This document shows positions 9,817-20,309 of a stretch of 64,000 nt of DNA, piece by piece. Numbering within the stretch: position 1 is the stretch's first letter; every line of letters starts with the position of its first letter. The position numbers and the translations under genes are program-made. The stretch comes from Candidatus Thorarchaeota archaeon. Lineage in GTDB: Archaea; Asgardarchaeota; Thorarchaeia; Thorarchaeales; Thorarchaeaceae. The stretch lies in contig JAWOEX010000023.1 in assembly GCA_046482545.1 (NCBI GenBank), forward strand, positions 590-64,589, written 5' to 3'. The notes below the pieces were generated by a model that saw only the letters and a list, made by a program, of their open reading frames with translations, did no database searches and was not told the DNA's origin.

Positions 9817-12722
9817 TCATCCCTCCCTGTCGATTCGCCAGAACCAGAGGCCGGTTCGAGCATCTCCCGAAGATAGATTCCAGTATAGGAATCGTCATTA
9901 TCCGCTACCTGTTCAGGGGTTCCTTCCGCAACAATATATCCACCTTCATCGCCACCCTCAGGGCCAAGGTCGATAATCCAATCAGCTGTTTTGACTACGT
10001 CCAGCTGGTGCTCGATGACTACGACTGTGTTTCCCATGTCAACAAGCCTGTGGAGAACATTCAACAATTTCTTGATATCGTCGAAGTGAAGCCCTGTTGT
10101 AGGTTCATCAAGCATAATGAGGGTTTGACCAGTTGCAGGTCGCGAAAGGTACTTGCTGAGCTTGATCCGTTGTGCTTCGCCACCGGACAATGTTGTAGAT
10201 GGTTGCCCGATTTTGACATATCCAAGTCCAACGTCCTTCAAAGTCTTCAACTTCTTTCGAATCTTGGGTAAATCCTCGAAGAATTCGTAGGCGTGATCAA
10301 TCCGCATATCGAGAACATCAGCGATGTTCTTTCCTTTGTATCGTATCTGTAGAGTGTCTCTATCATATCGTCGCCCGTTGCATTCGCTACACTTGACTTC
10401 TACTTCCGGCAAGAACTGCATTTCAACTACATCTACCCCGCGTCCTTTGCATTTCTCACATCGGCCGGGCTTCACGTTGAAACTAAATCTGCTCTTGGTA
10501 TATCCCCGAATCTTGGACTCCGGAAGACTAGCGAAGAGCTTCCTAATCGGAGTGAAGAGGCCTGTATATGTCCCAGGATTAGAGCGCGGTGTTCTACCGA
10601 TCGGACTCTGATCGATGACAACCACCTTATCAAGTTGGTCCGCACCGACGATTTCATCATGCTCGCCTGGAACTGCAGTTGAGTTATGGAATCGGCGCCC
10701 TAGTTCTCTCTGAAGCGTTTCCGTTATGAGACTTGATTTTCCTGAGCCTGAAACGCCAGTTACACTAACGAAGACTCCAAGCGGAATCTTGACGTCGATT
10801 GATTTTAGATTATGATGCCTCGCACCTCTGATTTCAACAAACTTGCCATTGGGGTTTCTTCGCTTCTCGGGAATTTCAATTTGCATTTCACCGCGAAGAT
10901 AAGATCCTGTAATCGAATCTTGGCACGACATCAAGTCATCCATCGTACCCGATACAACAACTTCCCCACCTTCGTCGCCTGCTCCAGGACCGAGGTCAAC
11001 TATGTGGTCAGCAGCTCGAATCGTCGATTCATCATGCTCAACCACAACTATCGTATTTCCTTGGTCTCGTAAACGGGTTAGAGAATTGAGCAACCGTAGG
11101 TTGTCGCGTTGATGGAGTCCTATCGAAGGTTCGTCACACACATAGGTAACTCCAACCAGATTTGATCCAATTTGACTGGCAAGACGGATTCTCTGCGATT
11201 CCCCTCCTGCAAGCGTCGGCGCTCGACGGTCAAGTGTCAGATAGTCAAGGCCAACTTCAGAAAGAAAGCGAATTCTGCTGGTAATTTCCTTGAAGATGGG
11301 ATAGGCGATAGGTTTCTCGCGTTCGTCAAGCTCAATGTCATCAAAGAAGTCACGAAGGTAACGTATTGACATTTGATTCAGGTCGGTTATGCTCTTGCCT
11401 CTAAAGCGTACAGCTTGGGATACTGGGCGGATTCGATTTCCTTTACATTCGGGGCAGAGTTTCTCGACCATGAATCGTTCGAGTTTCCTGCGAATACGCG
11501 AGCTCTTTGTTTTGTTGTAGTTCCGCCACATGTATGCAATCATGCCCTCATAGGGGGAGACCGATGTACCTTCCCACTGTGTTTTGTTCGGGTCATCACC
11601 ATGTTTCCACTTCACAACAACGTCTTCATCACCTGTGCCCCACAAGACCTTGGATTGATGCTCTGGAGAAAGATCCTCCCAAGGGGTATCCATAGAGAAG
11701 CCATACTTCTTAGCGACCGCTTTCAACGTGCTTGACTTGCTGGCCCAACCGTAGGGTTTGATGGCACCCTCGGAAATAGACAAGGACTTATCAGGAATAA
11801 CCAAGTCGGGGTCAATCTCGCGTACTGTACCCAATCCCGTGCAAGTTTCACACGCGCCATGTGGAGTATTCCATGAGAAGAGTCTGGGTTCCATTTCGGG
11901 TAGGCTGATTCCGCAATCAACACAGGCGAACTTCTCTGAGAGTGTTACTGTATCATCATCCACGAGAATACTCACAATACCATCAGCCATCTGCAATGCG
12001 GACTCCACAGCCTCGGATATTCTGCTTCGATTGGTAGGGGTTATCCTCACTCTGTCAAGTACAACTTCAATAGTATGCTCAAAATAGCGATCTAGCGACA
12101 TGCCTTGTTCGAGAGTTCGGAGCTCACCGTCAACGCGAGCACGAACAAATCCCTGCTGGATGAGCTCTTCGAATTCTTTTCGATATTCACCCTTCCGACC
12201 GCGAACAATAGGAGCCATAATCTGAACGCGTTTTCCTTCCTCCATATCCATAATTTGGTCTACAATCTGCTGGGCTGTCTGTGATTCTATCACATTGCCG
12301 CATTCAGGACAATGCGGGGTGCCAACTCGGGCAAAGAGCAGTCGGAGGAAATCGAACACTTCGGTAACTGTACCAACCGTGCTTCGGGGATTGCTACCCG
12401 CACTCTTCTGATCAATCGATATGGAAGGTGATAGACCGGACATGTAGTCGACCTGTGGTTTCTCCAGCATTCCAAGGAATTGTCTTGCATAGGAAGAGAG
12501 CGATTCCACGAATCTTCTCTGGCCTTCTGCAAACAGCGTATCAAATACGAGACTAGATTTACCTGAACCTGAGATGCCAGTAACCACCGTGAACCTGTTT
12601 CTTGGGATTTCGACATCGATATGCCTCAGGTTATGTTCAGCAGCCCCATGTATGACTATTGACTTGGGACCATCAAATTCGACTTCGTCTTGCCGTTCGT
12701 CTTGTTTTGTGAGTGTCTTCAT
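9813..12722 (-). CDS. uvrA: Excinuclease ABC subunit A, paralog 1 (full length)
   Basis: [57 protein letters not shown]; Zn modules present. Confidence 0.97.
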   Translation of the reverse strand: MKTLTKQDERQDEVEFDGPKSIVIHGAAEHNLRHIDVEIPRNRFTVVTGISGSGKSSLVFDTLFAEGQRRFVESLSSYARQFLGMLEKPQVDYMSGLSPSISIDQKSAGSNPRSTVGTVTEVFDFLRLLFARVGTPHCPECGNVIESQTAQQIVDQIMDMEEGKRVQIMAPIVRGRKGEYRKEFEELIQQGFVRARVDGELRTLEQGMSLDRYFEHTIEVVLDRVRITPTNRSRISEAVESALQMADGIVSILVDDDTVTLSEKFACVDCGISLPEMEPRLFSWNTPHGACETCTGLGTVREIDPDLVIPDKSLSISEGAIKPYGWASKSSTLKAVAKKYGFSMDTPWEDLSPEHQSKVLWGTGDEDVVVKWKHGDDPNKTQWEGTSVSPYEGMIAYMWRNYNKTKSSRIRRKLERFMVEKLCPECKGNRIRPVSQAVRFRGKSITDLNQMSIRYLRDFFDDIELDEREKPIAYPIFKEITSRIRFLSEVGLDYLTLDRRAPTLAGGESQRIRLASQIGSNLVGVTYVCDEPSIGLHQRDNLRLLNSLTRLRDQGNTIVVVEHDESTIRAADHIVDLGPGAGDEGGEVVVSGTMDDLMSCQDSITGSYLRGEMQIEIPEKRRNPNGKFVEIRGARHHNLKSIDVKIPLGVFVSVTGVSGSGKSSLITETLQRELGRRFHNSTAVPGEHDEIVGADQLDKVVVIDQSPIGRTPRSNPGTYTGLFTPIRKLFASLPESKIRGYTKSRFSFNVKPGRCEKCKGRGVDVVEMQFLPEVEVKCSECNGRRYDRDTLQIRYKGKNIADVLDMRIDHAYEFFEDLPKIRKKLKTLKDVGLGYVKIGQPSTTLSGGEAQRIKLSKYLSRPATGQTLIMLDEPTTGLHFDDIKKLLNVLHRLVDMGNTVVVIEHQLDVVKTADWIIDLGPEGGDEGGYIVAEGTPEQVADNDDSYTGIYLREMLEPASGSGESTGRDE

Positions 12723-12725
12723 CTA

Positions 12726-14705
12726 TCAGGTGTCCTCAATCTTTGCTTTCAGTTCTTTAATGTGATCTCTAATCTGTGCAGCACGCTCGAATTCTAGTTT
12801 CTGTGCTGCATCTTTCATCTCTTCTTCAAGCTTGACAATTCGATCGGTAATAATCTCCAAGTCAACCAAATCGAAGTCCTCGAGCTTGAGCTGTTCCTTC
12901 TTCTGTTGTGACGGCATGTCCTGTGCTATGTCCTTGACGGATTTTTTGATTGATTTTGGAGTGATATTGTGCTTTTCATTGTACTTGAGCTGATATCTCC
13001 GACGCCTGTTCGTTTCGTCAATGGCCGATCGCATGGCGTCAGATATGTGATCACCGTACAGAATCACACGAGCGTTTACGTTCCTGGCCGCTCGCCCCAT
13101 GGTCTGTATCAGAGACCACTCGCTACGTAGAAAGCCCGCCTTGTCAGCATCCAATATGGCCACAAGCGAAACCTCTGGAAGATCAAGCCCCTCTCGGAGA
13201 AGATTGATTCCGACCAGAACATCGAACTTGCCAAGTCTTAAATCGCGGATGATTTCAATTCGTTCCACGGTTCCGATATCTGAGTGGAGGTACCGTGCCT
13301 TGACACCGTTCTCAACTAGATACTCTGAAAGCATCTCGGCGGTCTTCTTGGTGAGGGTGGTTGCGAGAACCCTATCGCCCATCTCCACAGTCTTGTGAAT
13401 AGCATTCAGCAAATCGTCAACTTGATTGTCTACAGGTCGTACCTCCACCTCTGGGTCTACAAGACCGGTTGGCCGAATGAGCTGTTCAACAATTTGGGCG
13501 CTCCTTCGCTTTTCGTAAGGTCCAGGGGTGGCAGTTGTGTAGATGACATGATTCATGAAATCTTCAAACTCTTCGAATTTCAGGGGGCGGTTATCCAAGG
13601 CCGATGGCAGCCTGAAACCGTAATCTACAAGGTTCTGCTTTCGCGACCTGTCTCCGTTATACATACCGCGGACCTGTGGTATGGTCATATGGCTTTCATC
13701 GATAATCATCAGGAATTCATCAGGGAAGTAATCAAGAAGAGTATAGGGACGCTGGCCTTTCGCTCGACCATCAATGTATCGCGAGTAGTTTTCAATGCCG
13801 CTGCACCAGCCGGTTTCACGAAGCATTTCGAGATCGTACCGAGTACGACGTTTCAATCGCTGTGCCTCAACTACCTTCCCTTGCTGTTTGAACCACTCAA
13901 CCTGTTCTTCCATATCTGCCTCTATCTCGTCAAGACATTCGAGTATCTTCTCGTGTCGCGCAACATGATGTCGAGCTGGATGTATCATTGCCCATGTCTG
14001 GTCGTAGAGCCTTCGAGAAGTCAAACCCTGCAGGTGAGAGATTCTGGATATTTCTTTGCCATCCAGTTCGATTCTGACTGCGTCCTTTGAGTAGCCAGGG
14101 TAGACATCAATCACATCCCCCCTCACCCTGAACACACCAGACTCGATTTCCATGTCATTGCGGTTGTATTGCATCACGACTAATTGTTCCAAGAGTTCAC
14201 GGCGGTCAACCTCATCACCCACTTCCACCATGAGAGACAACTTCTCATACTCCTCCGGATTGCCGAGGCCATAGATGCATGAAACCGATGCGATAACGAT
14301 GACATCCTCTCGGGTCTTCAGCGAACGAGTTGTGGAGTTGCGAAGGCGTTCAATCTCTCGATTGATGTCGGCCTCCTTCTCAATGTACATGTCTTTTGAT
14401 GGCACATAAGCTTCCGGGGTGTAGAAATCATAATAACTAACGAAGTATTCCACAGCGTTATCGGGGAAGAATTCCCTGTACTCAGAGGCAAGCTGAGCTG
14501 CAAGCGTCTTGTTGTGTGAAAGAACCAGCGTTGGCCGGCCGTATTCTTCAATAACATTCGCCATCGTGAATGTCTTACCGCTCCCCGTTACTCCAAGTAA
14601 CGTTTGATGGTCCAGGCCGCTTTCAAGCCCTTCAACCAACTGGCGTATGGCCTGCGGTTGATCACCTGTCGGTTCGAACGGTGCCTGTAGCTTGAAGTCT
14701 GCCAT
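12726..14705 (-). CDS. uvrB: Excinuclease ABC subunit B
   Basis: PTGDQPQAI, GVTGSGKT, beta-hairpin YYDFYTPEAY, DESH, C-terminal UVR domain. Likely start is MADFKL at 14705. Confidence 0.97.
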   Translation of the reverse strand: MADFKLQAPFEPTGDQPQAIRQLVEGLESGLDHQTLLGVTGSGKTFTMANVIEEYGRPTLVLSHNKTLAAQLASEYREFFPDNAVEYFVSYYDFYTPEAYVPSKDMYIEKEADINREIERLRNSTTRSLKTREDVIVIASVSCIYGLGNPEEYEKLSLMVEVGDEVDRRELLEQLVVMQYNRNDMEIESGVFRVRGDVIDVYPGYSKDAVRIELDGKEISRISHLQGLTSRRLYDQTWAMIHPARHHVARHEKILECLDEIEADMEEQVEWFKQQGKVVEAQRLKRRTRYDLEMLRETGWCSGIENYSRYIDGRAKGQRPYTLLDYFPDEFLMIIDESHMTIPQVRGMYNGDRSRKQNLVDYGFRLPSALDNRPLKFEEFEDFMNHVIYTTATPGPYEKRRSAQIVEQLIRPTGLVDPEVEVRPVDNQVDDLLNAIHKTVEMGDRVLATTLTKKTAEMLSEYLVENGVKARYLHSDIGTVERIEIIRDLRLGKFDVLVGINLLREGLDLPEVSLVAILDADKAGFLRSEWSLIQTMGRAARNVNARVILYGDHISDAMRSAIDETNRRRRYQLKYNEKHNITPKSIKKSVKDIAQDMPSQQKKEQLKLEDFDLVDLEIITDRIVKLEEEMKDAAQKLEFERAAQIRDHIKELKAKIEDT

Positions 14706-14899
14706 CTGCTCCAACCTCGGTGAAGGCAGCACGCACCCAAATGCTAGTAATATTTGTGGTGTGTGTAAGCCAAACGACGAAACAAACTAGATGCTACTGA
14801 TACTAGTTAGTGTCGCAACGACGCATTCCGGTTACATGAACATTCTAGAAGTGGAGAGATCGCCGAAAGTAACTCCTACAGTCTGTGCATTGCAATAGG

Positions 14900-15292
14900 C
14901 TAGAGCTCATCCCAGAGCTTGTGGATTCTTCGTCCTGTCTCCTCAAGAACTGGAGCCATTTCGTCCTCTGGAGCCAAACCCAGCTCAACAGCTGCTTTCA
15001 TGATTGAAGCGTGAGCAACAAAAACGTTACCATCCTCTTCATAAATCACAAAGCTACATGGAAAAAGGAGGCCAGCATCCTTCGAAACATCAAGAGCCAT
15101 TTTGGCTAATGGGGCTGCGCATGCCAAGACGAAAGCATAGCGATCATAATCTTGGATGTCCAGCTTCTTCCTGAATATCTCATCAACATCTTTTGTTAGT
15201 AGCACCGAAAAATCATTTTCGTGACAAGTATTCTCTACCTTTTCAACAGTCCTGTCAAAGTCCGTTGAAACTTCTTTTCTCAGTATGTCCAT
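14900..15292 (-). CDS. DUF302 domain protein
   Basis: Pattern LAC..PLAKMAL...AGLLFPCSFVIYEEDG typical of DUF302. Confidence 0.85.
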   Translation of the reverse strand: MDILRKEVSTDFDRTVEKVENTCHENDFSVLLTKDVDEIFRKKLDIQDYDRYAFVLACAAPLAKMALDVSKDAGLLFPCSFVIYEEDGNVFVAHASIMKAAVELGLAPEDEMAPVLEETGRRIHKLWDEL

Positions 15293-15333
15293 CCGATTGT
15301 ACCTTCCATTTTGATTTCTAGTAGGGTTTCATC

Positions 15334-15774
15334 TTAGCTCAGCTTGATTTCAAAATTCAGTTCTGTAGGGCACTTGAGTGTGTTAGCGACTGGACAGGAT
15401 TCATGAGCCAGCCTCACTCCTTTTTCTACCTTTGATCTTTCCTCTTCAGTCGGTATCCAAACCTTGAGGTTCAGCTTGATTCTTCCGAAGTGCCAATAAC
15501 CATCGTCGCGTTCTTTCATTTCACCGCGAGCCGAAACATGGACTCTATCGAATTCTGTTCGGAGTTTTTCTGCTGCTTTATAGAGAGAAAGAATAACACA
15601 TGTTGCCGAGGCTGATACTAGCAAGGTTTGAGGAGAGAGCATTCCATCAGGTGCATCTGGCCACCAATCCTTGGCAGATGTAACTTTGAACGGATCAACA
15701 TCCAGAATGTTTACTTCCACAACTCGATCATCAACTGTTCGTACATCAAGCTCATAGGCATGGTCATTTGTCAT
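15334..15774 (-). CDS. OsmC/Ohr family protein
   Basis: SPQTLLVSASATC and AHESCPVANTLK, with the two conserved cysteines. Confidence 0.88.
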   Translation of the reverse strand: MTNDHAYELDVRTVDDRVVEVNILDVDPFKVTSAKDWWPDAPDGMLSPQTLLVSASATCVILSLYKAAEKLRTEFDRVHVSARGEMKERDDGYWHFGRIKLNLKVWIPTEEERSKVEKGVRLAHESCPVANTLKCPTELNFEIKLS

Positions 15775-15935
15775 GTCGAAATCCTGTTGGTTTGATGAGT
15801 GTAGTTTCTTATATCTTATTACGTCCAGCGATAAGCACCAGAGATAGACCTAAGTAATGTAGTGCACTAATAATGCTGCCCTAGATTGTCTATGCAAGGC
15901 AAGGGCTGCACAAGAAACATCCAGGAGGTAATTCA

Positions 15936-17624
15936 ATGTATGAAAGCGCTCTGCTTGCATCGGCAGTAGCAGCCATTATTGCAGTTCTTTTCGCTCCCAA
16001 GTCATTTGGACAAGGGAGATGGACAAATCGTGCATTCATGCTCTTTGGATTTGTGTGTTCCATTCGGTTTGGTAATCTCTATTTTTGGCTGAACATGGCC
16101 AGTTCTAATCCTGTTTTCATTTATCTGAGGGGGCTAGATTTCTTGCTTGTTGTTCCAATCCTGGCATTGGGACTCGAGATGCTGCATTTCAACGCAATGG
16201 CAAGAGTGAAGGAGGTAAATCGAAATCTGAGGAGGATTTCTTTCATTGTTACTTCGGCCATCATGATGATGATAGTGGTACTCCTTCTGATTTTTGATAT
16301 TCAGACAGTGCGTATGATTGCCCTACTCACAGCCTTTCCAGTCATTTCCGGTATAATCGGGAGTTACCTAATTCTTTTCCGAGACAACCCACTCCGTATA
16401 GCAAGACCCGAGCTCGTTTGGGGTTCAATGTTGGTGTTGTTAGGATATCTCACCTATTTTCTGAGTGAAGGTTTTGTCGCGGGCTTTCTTCGAATGCTGA
16501 ACCTCACTCTCACCATCCAAATCATCGGGATGCTTCTCATTGGAGGGGGAGGAATCCTTCGTAGACTGGTTAGCTTCGCGGGTGTTTACTCGCGGCTTAG
16601 CTTGGGTACGATTCTTGTGAATCGAGACCTAGAAGCAACAATGACTACGATAGCGGATAACATATTATCCGAAGAACAGACCATCAGGGTAGCGAACGAA
16701 ATTATATCCATGCATAAGCAAGAGATAGAGCGGGTCTTTGAAACAGGAAACGAGCATGTTATTCCTTACTGTTCAATTGAATCGTACAAACCTGAACGTC
16801 TGCATCAGATTGAGATGGTCCCATATCGGATAGACATACGTGGGGACCCTGTTTCAGTAGCAATTGTATTGAGTGACGTAACAGTTTCCATCGAAGAAAA
16901 GGAAAAAGAGCAGCTTGCAGAATTGCTCAACGAAGTCGTAAGGGAAAGAAATAGGGCAGAGTTTTATTTGGACTTATTAACGCATGATATGGGTAATTTC
17001 CTTCAAGCGGTTCTAGGGGGGATGCAATTATTGGCGCAGCAATATAACATATCAAGCGAGAGTAACCAAACCTATGAAATAATCATGGACCAACTGAATG
17101 AATCAATAACCCTGATTCGGCAAGTTCGACATATAGGAATCGAAAACGTCGAGAAGGACCAGTTAGGACCGTACAGTATTAGCTCTGTACTCGAAGAAGC
17201 TGTAGAGAAAATCCAGGCCATGTGCCCGAACAAGGAGATCGATATCGAAGTGTTGCCGGCATTCAGACCGTTTCTAACAAATAGCCCTGAAACTCTAAAG
17301 CAAGGTATAGTTAGCCTATTTCGTTATATCGTACACTCGCAAGATGGAGAGGTACACATCAAAGCATCCCTTACAGCAACTGATTCACAGTGCCAGATTA
17401 GACTATCTTCTTCCAAAATCAGAACATTTGATGGTTTCAGCTCAGACCTATTCAAGTGGAATTCAGGAAGAGCGGACAAGTCAACCCAAACGGGAGATTA
17501 CGAACTTATTCTTTCAAAGATGTTCATTGAAAGAGCCGGAGGAAGTATCCAGTATGGTAAGTCAGAAGAAAGTGAGACGCCCGAATTCATCATTGAAGTG
17601 CCGTCGATTAAACAAGATGTGTAG
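15936..17624 (+). CDS. Membrane-bound histidine kinase-like protein with a degenerate ATPase domain
   Basis: About 7 N-terminal TM helices, PAS-like segment, H-box DLLTHDMGNFLQ; N, G1 and G2 boxes eroded. Confidence 0.75.
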   Translation: MYESALLASAVAAIIAVLFAPKSFGQGRWTNRAFMLFGFVCSIRFGNLYFWLNMASSNPVFIYLRGLDFLLVVPILALGLEMLHFNAMARVKEVNRNLRRISFIVTSAIMMMIVVLLLIFDIQTVRMIALLTAFPVISGIIGSYLILFRDNPLRIARPELVWGSMLVLLGYLTYFLSEGFVAGFLRMLNLTLTIQIIGMLLIGGGGILRRLVSFAGVYSRLSLGTILVNRDLEATMTTIADNILSEEQTIRVANEIISMHKQEIERVFETGNEHVIPYCSIESYKPERLHQIEMVPYRIDIRGDPVSVAIVLSDVTVSIEEKEKEQLAELLNEVVRERNRAEFYLDLLTHDMGNFLQAVLGGMQLLAQQYNISSESNQTYEIIMDQLNESITLIRQVRHIGIENVEKDQLGPYSISSVLEEAVEKIQAMCPNKEIDIEVLPAFRPFLTNSPETLKQGIVSLFRYIVHSQDGEVHIKASLTATDSQCQIRLSSSKIRTFDGFSSDLFKWNSGRADKSTQTGDYELILSKMFIERAGGSIQYGKSEESETPEFIIEVPSIKQDV

Positions 17625-17721
17625 AGCAAAATTCTAAACAACATCTTTTCTCAAATCCTTAGCCATCAGGAACCGCAAAATCTTATTTCCGGGATGCATA
17701 TCAGTGTCAAGGGTTCAGATA

Positions 17722-18253
17722 GTGGTTTCCGCGTCTATCTCGCTCTTTCCATTTTCAGGGTTATACCAAGATTCTTGGAGCGCATTGGAGCCGCGTGCTA
17801 TGGCGCATTACCAGGCTCTTTCCCACGGTTACAGATAGAAAAGACCCCTGAGGAAGCATACGTTGAAGAATGGCAGCAACACAGGGCCCATGCATTTCTA
17901 GCCGTACTGAAAAAATTACTTCAAAGAACGTCCATGCGCTTGGTTTCGTTGACAAGAACCTCTTCACTCCACAATTGAATTTCGTCTTTGGAGTGGCTCA
18001 ACCAGACAAAGACGCGGTTGTCGCCCTCCCGCACTTGAAACCTCAGTTCTATAGTAAACCAGAAGATGCCAACCTTTACGAGCTTAGTGTTCTGAAGGAA
18101 GCGCTTCACGAACTTGGGCATGTCTTTCAACTCGGGCACTGTACCAATCACTGTGTCATGCGTTTCTCAAACAGGTTTTCTCAAACAGACCTCAAACCTG
18201 CTGAATTCTGTGAAGATTGTTATGGAGATTTGCAGGCGATTACTCAGCGATAA
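17722..18253 (+). pseudogene. Archaemetzincin (M54 zinc metalloprotease), frameshifted
   Basis: C-terminal frame has LNFVFGVA and KEALHELGHVFQLGHC..HCVMRFSN...FCEDC. The N-terminal motif PEEAY....QH.A..FL lies in another frame, joined at an A6 run (17910-17915). Confidence 0.7.
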
Positions 18254-18319
18254 TCAAAGCTTCGAATATGATGTTTAGAAAGGATTAAAGGGTTACTTAA
18301 CTATATTTAATAGATAGAT

Positions 18320-18580
18320 ATGTTTGTTCTGCAAGTGACTTATGCCGCCCTTGTGACTGGATTGTTAGTGTGGTTCATTGGCAGATTCAATGAAAAAAGA
18401 CATTTTGATTTCGATTCAGATAGTGAGAGAAAGACAAAATACGAGGGCGAGAACAGATTATCAAAGGATGTATGGTTGCGTACCACTATTGATTGCGATT
18501 TCGGGACGGTACCACAAACAGCAGGTCCAGCACGGACACTCAACGTAACAAACCGGAAAAACAATAGTAAGAAACCATAG
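18320..18580 (+). CDS. Small hypothetical protein with an N-terminal TM helix
   Basis: 86-aa ORF with a hydrophobic N-terminus, preceded by the TATA-like sequence TATATTTAA. Confidence 0.5.
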   Translation: MFVLQVTYAALVTGLLVWFIGRFNEKRHFDFDSDSERKTKYEGENRLSKDVWLRTTIDCDFGTVPQTAGPARTLNVTNRKNNSKKP

Positions 18581-18645
18581 ATGTTCATAAGACTAGCATG
18601 AGACTATATCAGAAAACTTAGCTCAAGTAACAGGAGGTAAATCCT

Positions 18646-19821
18646 ATGACCAATACTCGACGAATAGCAACACGATGCGTCCACGGAGGTAAAAAGGAAG
18701 AGAAAGGACCTGCAACTGTGCCAATAGCTCAGACAAGCACCTTCATTTTCGAGAATCAGCAACAGGTCTTAGATTCGGTAACAGGCAAATCTGGTGAACA
18801 CCTGTATACAAGATGGAGCAATCCCACAACACGGCATACAGAGGAGCAGATAAGTGCCATCGAAGGAACTGAAGAGTCACTATTGGTTTCATCAGGGATG
18901 GCAGCCATTTCATCAACAGTTTTAAGCCTCGTAAGCGAAAGAAGCAAGATTCTGACGATTGATTCTATATATGGTGGCACCCTCCATCTCTTCGAAGATA
19001 TCCTTCCAAATATGGGTGTGCAGGTTGAATTTGTTCCTGTGGAAAAGTTTGCTGACAAGATTGAGGAATCAAAGGGGGAATATGATATCTGTTACTTTGA
19101 GACACCCACTAACCCGACGCTCAAAATAGTCGATATTGAACAGATCGCCAATGTCGTAGAGAAATCAGACACCGTTAGTGTAATAGATAGCACTTTTGCA
19201 ACCCCATATAATCAACAACCTCACCCACTTGGCATTGACATAGTTATTCACAGTGCTACCAAGTACCTTGGAGGACACAGTGACCTAATAGCGGGTGTAG
19301 CTTCTGGAGAATCAATCCACATTGAACAGATACGTGAAACCGCAAAACTACTGGGTGGTACAATTGATCCGTTTGCTTCTTTTCTCCTCAACAGAGGTAT
19401 CAAGACACTGGATGTTAGAATGTCAAGGCATAATGAAAATGCACTATTTCTAGCAAAAGAACTCAATCAGATGGATGAAATCAAGAGGGTATTCTATCCA
19501 GGTCTTAACAATCACGTCGGGCATAAGATTGCAGAAAAACAGATGAATGGATTTGGTGGAGTGCTAACTATCGAAATCAACGCAACCCATGAGGAGACCA
19601 GAGACTTCGTTGACGGGCTTGAGATATTCCTGAATGCAACTTCGCTCGGAGGTGTAAAGAGCCTAGCAAGTATGCCCACACTCACATCTCACTATGGTAT
19701 TGATGAGGAAGTGCTCCATAAGATGGATATCTCAGGATCAACCGTGCGCCTATCAGTAGGAATAGAAGACAAGGAGGATTTGCTAGCAGATATCGAACAA
19801 TCAATGGACGAAAATTTCTGA
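18646..19821 (+). CDS. PLP-dependent trans-sulfuration enzyme (cystathionine gamma-synthase/lyase or methionine gamma-lyase family)
   Basis: YTRWSNPT, SSGMAAI, ETPTNPTL, HSATKYLGGHSD, SLGGV, RLSVGIED; SD GGAGGT upstream. Confidence 0.92.
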   Translation: MTNTRRIATRCVHGGKKEEKGPATVPIAQTSTFIFENQQQVLDSVTGKSGEHLYTRWSNPTTRHTEEQISAIEGTEESLLVSSGMAAISSTVLSLVSERSKILTIDSIYGGTLHLFEDILPNMGVQVEFVPVEKFADKIEESKGEYDICYFETPTNPTLKIVDIEQIANVVEKSDTVSVIDSTFATPYNQQPHPLGIDIVIHSATKYLGGHSDLIAGVASGESIHIEQIRETAKLLGGTIDPFASFLLNRGIKTLDVRMSRHNENALFLAKELNQMDEIKRVFYPGLNNHVGHKIAEKQMNGFGGVLTIEINATHEETRDFVDGLEIFLNATSLGGVKSLASMPTLTSHYGIDEEVLHKMDISGSTVRLSVGIEDKEDLLADIEQSMDENF

Positions 19822-19936
19822 TTGCCCCCTTAGTACCAAGTCTCAGCTACCCTCGGCAGTATCCCTACTCTATGAGAGTTGCTCCGATTGCATAACCCAA
19901 TACTTTAACCAGCAGCTGTTTGAGTTATAAAACAAG

Positions 19937-20275
19937 ATGAGGATAGATGACTACGATTTCGGCAACATTGTAATCAATGGCAAGAGGTACAAGTCGGATG
20001 TAATCATCTTCCCAAATAGAGTTCAATCCGAATGGTGGCGAAAGGAAGGCCACTCACTGCATCCAGAAGATCTTACAACTGTCTTTGAGAATGATCCGGA
20101 TACTCTGATTGTTGGAACCGGATACTACGGAAGGATGTCAATCCCGAGTAACGTTCGCAGAGAGATTGAGGATAGAGGAATTAGGCTTATAGTAGAGAAG
20201 ACTGAACAGGCATGTGATACCTATAACGGTCTAGAAAAGAACAAGGCCGTGGCTGCTCTGCACGTATCCTGCTAG
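19937..20275 (+). CDS. Mth938-like domain protein
   Basis: YDFGNIVING, WWRKEGH, LIVGTG, ACDTYN, AALHVSC. Confidence 0.9.
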   Translation: MRIDDYDFGNIVINGKRYKSDVIIFPNRVQSEWWRKEGHSLHPEDLTTVFENDPDTLIVGTGYYGRMSIPSNVRREIEDRGIRLIVEKTEQACDTYNGLEKNKAVAALHVSC

Positions 20276-20309
20276 CATACTCTATATCAAATCGCAGCAA
20301 GAGCTTGTG

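Noticed and set aside
13395-14090. Long antisense or overlapping ORFs (this one, 31283-31903, 62604-63152 and others)
   Set aside because: Shadows of well-supported genes, with no independent motifs.
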